DNA of 64,000 bases from Mobula hypostoma (taxonomy: Eukaryota): contig NC_086107.1 in NCBI RefSeq assembly GCF_963921235.1, positions 102,922,001-102,986,000 on the forward strand. The letters run 5' to 3'. Position 1 is the stretch's first letter, and the number at the start of each line of letters is the position of its first letter. The notes below the pieces were generated by a model. That model ran no database searches and had not been told where the DNA came from. It saw only the letters and a list, made by a program, of their open reading frames with translations. Below, one piece after another: positions 63,301-64,000 of the stretch. The position numbers and the translations under genes are program-made.

Positions 63301-64000
63301 CTAAACGTGCTGAAAAGTCTTGTATGTGAGGGACCAGGCAATGATCAGAGGTGGTGGCCTTGTTAAGGCATCAGTAATCATATGGGCAGCAACCACCATC
63401 GGACCTAGGGACTGTATGGAGCAGTGGAGCCAAGGGGCTATTCGACTGGCATACAATGCTGAGTCTTTCCACGATGGCAAACTCAGCCTTCTCAGTTGCC
63501 AGCTTTGCTGGGTCCAATCTACGCACATGGGCATGGACCGGCGGGCCAATTGTGGGAATGTGGCGCTCAACCCCATGTTTTGTGATTGTAGTGGAGAATG
63601 TGGGCTTGGTGAGGTTTGGGAATTCACCCAGCAGCTGAGTAAACTCACATGCGGTGGTGCACGTGCTTGACAGCGTCGTTGTGAGGAACTTGCTGGGTGG
63701 GGGAGCAGGGTAACAACCCTGACCTTGACACCCACAGCCGACAGTTCTTAAGATCGAATCCTTGGGCACAGAGGACACCTTCAACAAGCAGAGTTCTAGC
63801 CACTTCAGCCAAGACAAAATTCCATGTGTAATGTCACCCTCTCAAGCAGCATCACCCATCGTGTCCAGCAAGGCTGAATCTTGTTTCCATTGGCAGCACA
63901 CTCAGTTGAGTACTTGTGTCACTCAGGAAATGTCACCCTGAAAGGGTAGCTGTAATAAACAATGGGCGGCCCTGGCAGCTGGAACCCACAGTGTTCACAG
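60327..64000 (-). mobile_element. Decayed Gypsy/Ty3 LTR retrotransposon (3' LTR 60327-61039; PR-RT-RH-IN relics run off the window)
   Basis: LTR termini TGTAGG/CCTACA; LQPPYDGPF; SDCGPQF; TTDASDCAVG..WQPLAAFSR; FVYPDNILV (decayed YLDD); FLSDTST (decayed protease motif). Confidence 0.92.
60509..61004 (-). mobile_element. CR1 3' end inserted in the Gypsy LTR
   Basis: ORF 60689-61024 ERVQRRFMR..GLTYEEHLAALGLYSL..TRGHSLKI. Confidence 0.9.

Overview
Repeat-saturated vertebrate DNA, either intron or intergenic. The mix of CR1, Rex1/Babar, V-/CORE-/Deu-SINEs and Penelope-like elements suggests a cartilaginous fish, probably a ray (inference). I found no convincing host exon. Every recognisable ORF is a transposon relic: CR1 and Rex1 RT ends, Penelope-like (PLE) RT + GIY-YIG, a Tx1/L1 zinc knuckle, Tc1 and Harbinger transposase fragments, and a decayed Gypsy pol with its 3' LTR at the right end. 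The most interesting signal is RNA-level. The PLE terminal repeat (pLTR) carries a minimal type-I hammerhead ribozyme (AGTC-CTGAYGA-A-GGGTCTCGGCCC-GAAAC-GTC/GACT), present in roughly 15-20 copies, several with an intact core. Many PLE insertions have an asymmetric inverted-pLTR architecture with 11-15 bp target-site duplications (TSDs). These include ~210-250 bp ORF-less hairpin insertions made only of two opposed pLTRs. Also present: a second hammerhead family, a candidate HDV-like ribozyme at the 5' end of an RTE-like element, hAT MITEs and a solo LTR with TSDs, minisatellites derived from transposable elements (TEs), and a motif-rich candidate enhancer. Repeat family names come from recalled consensus features, not database searches.
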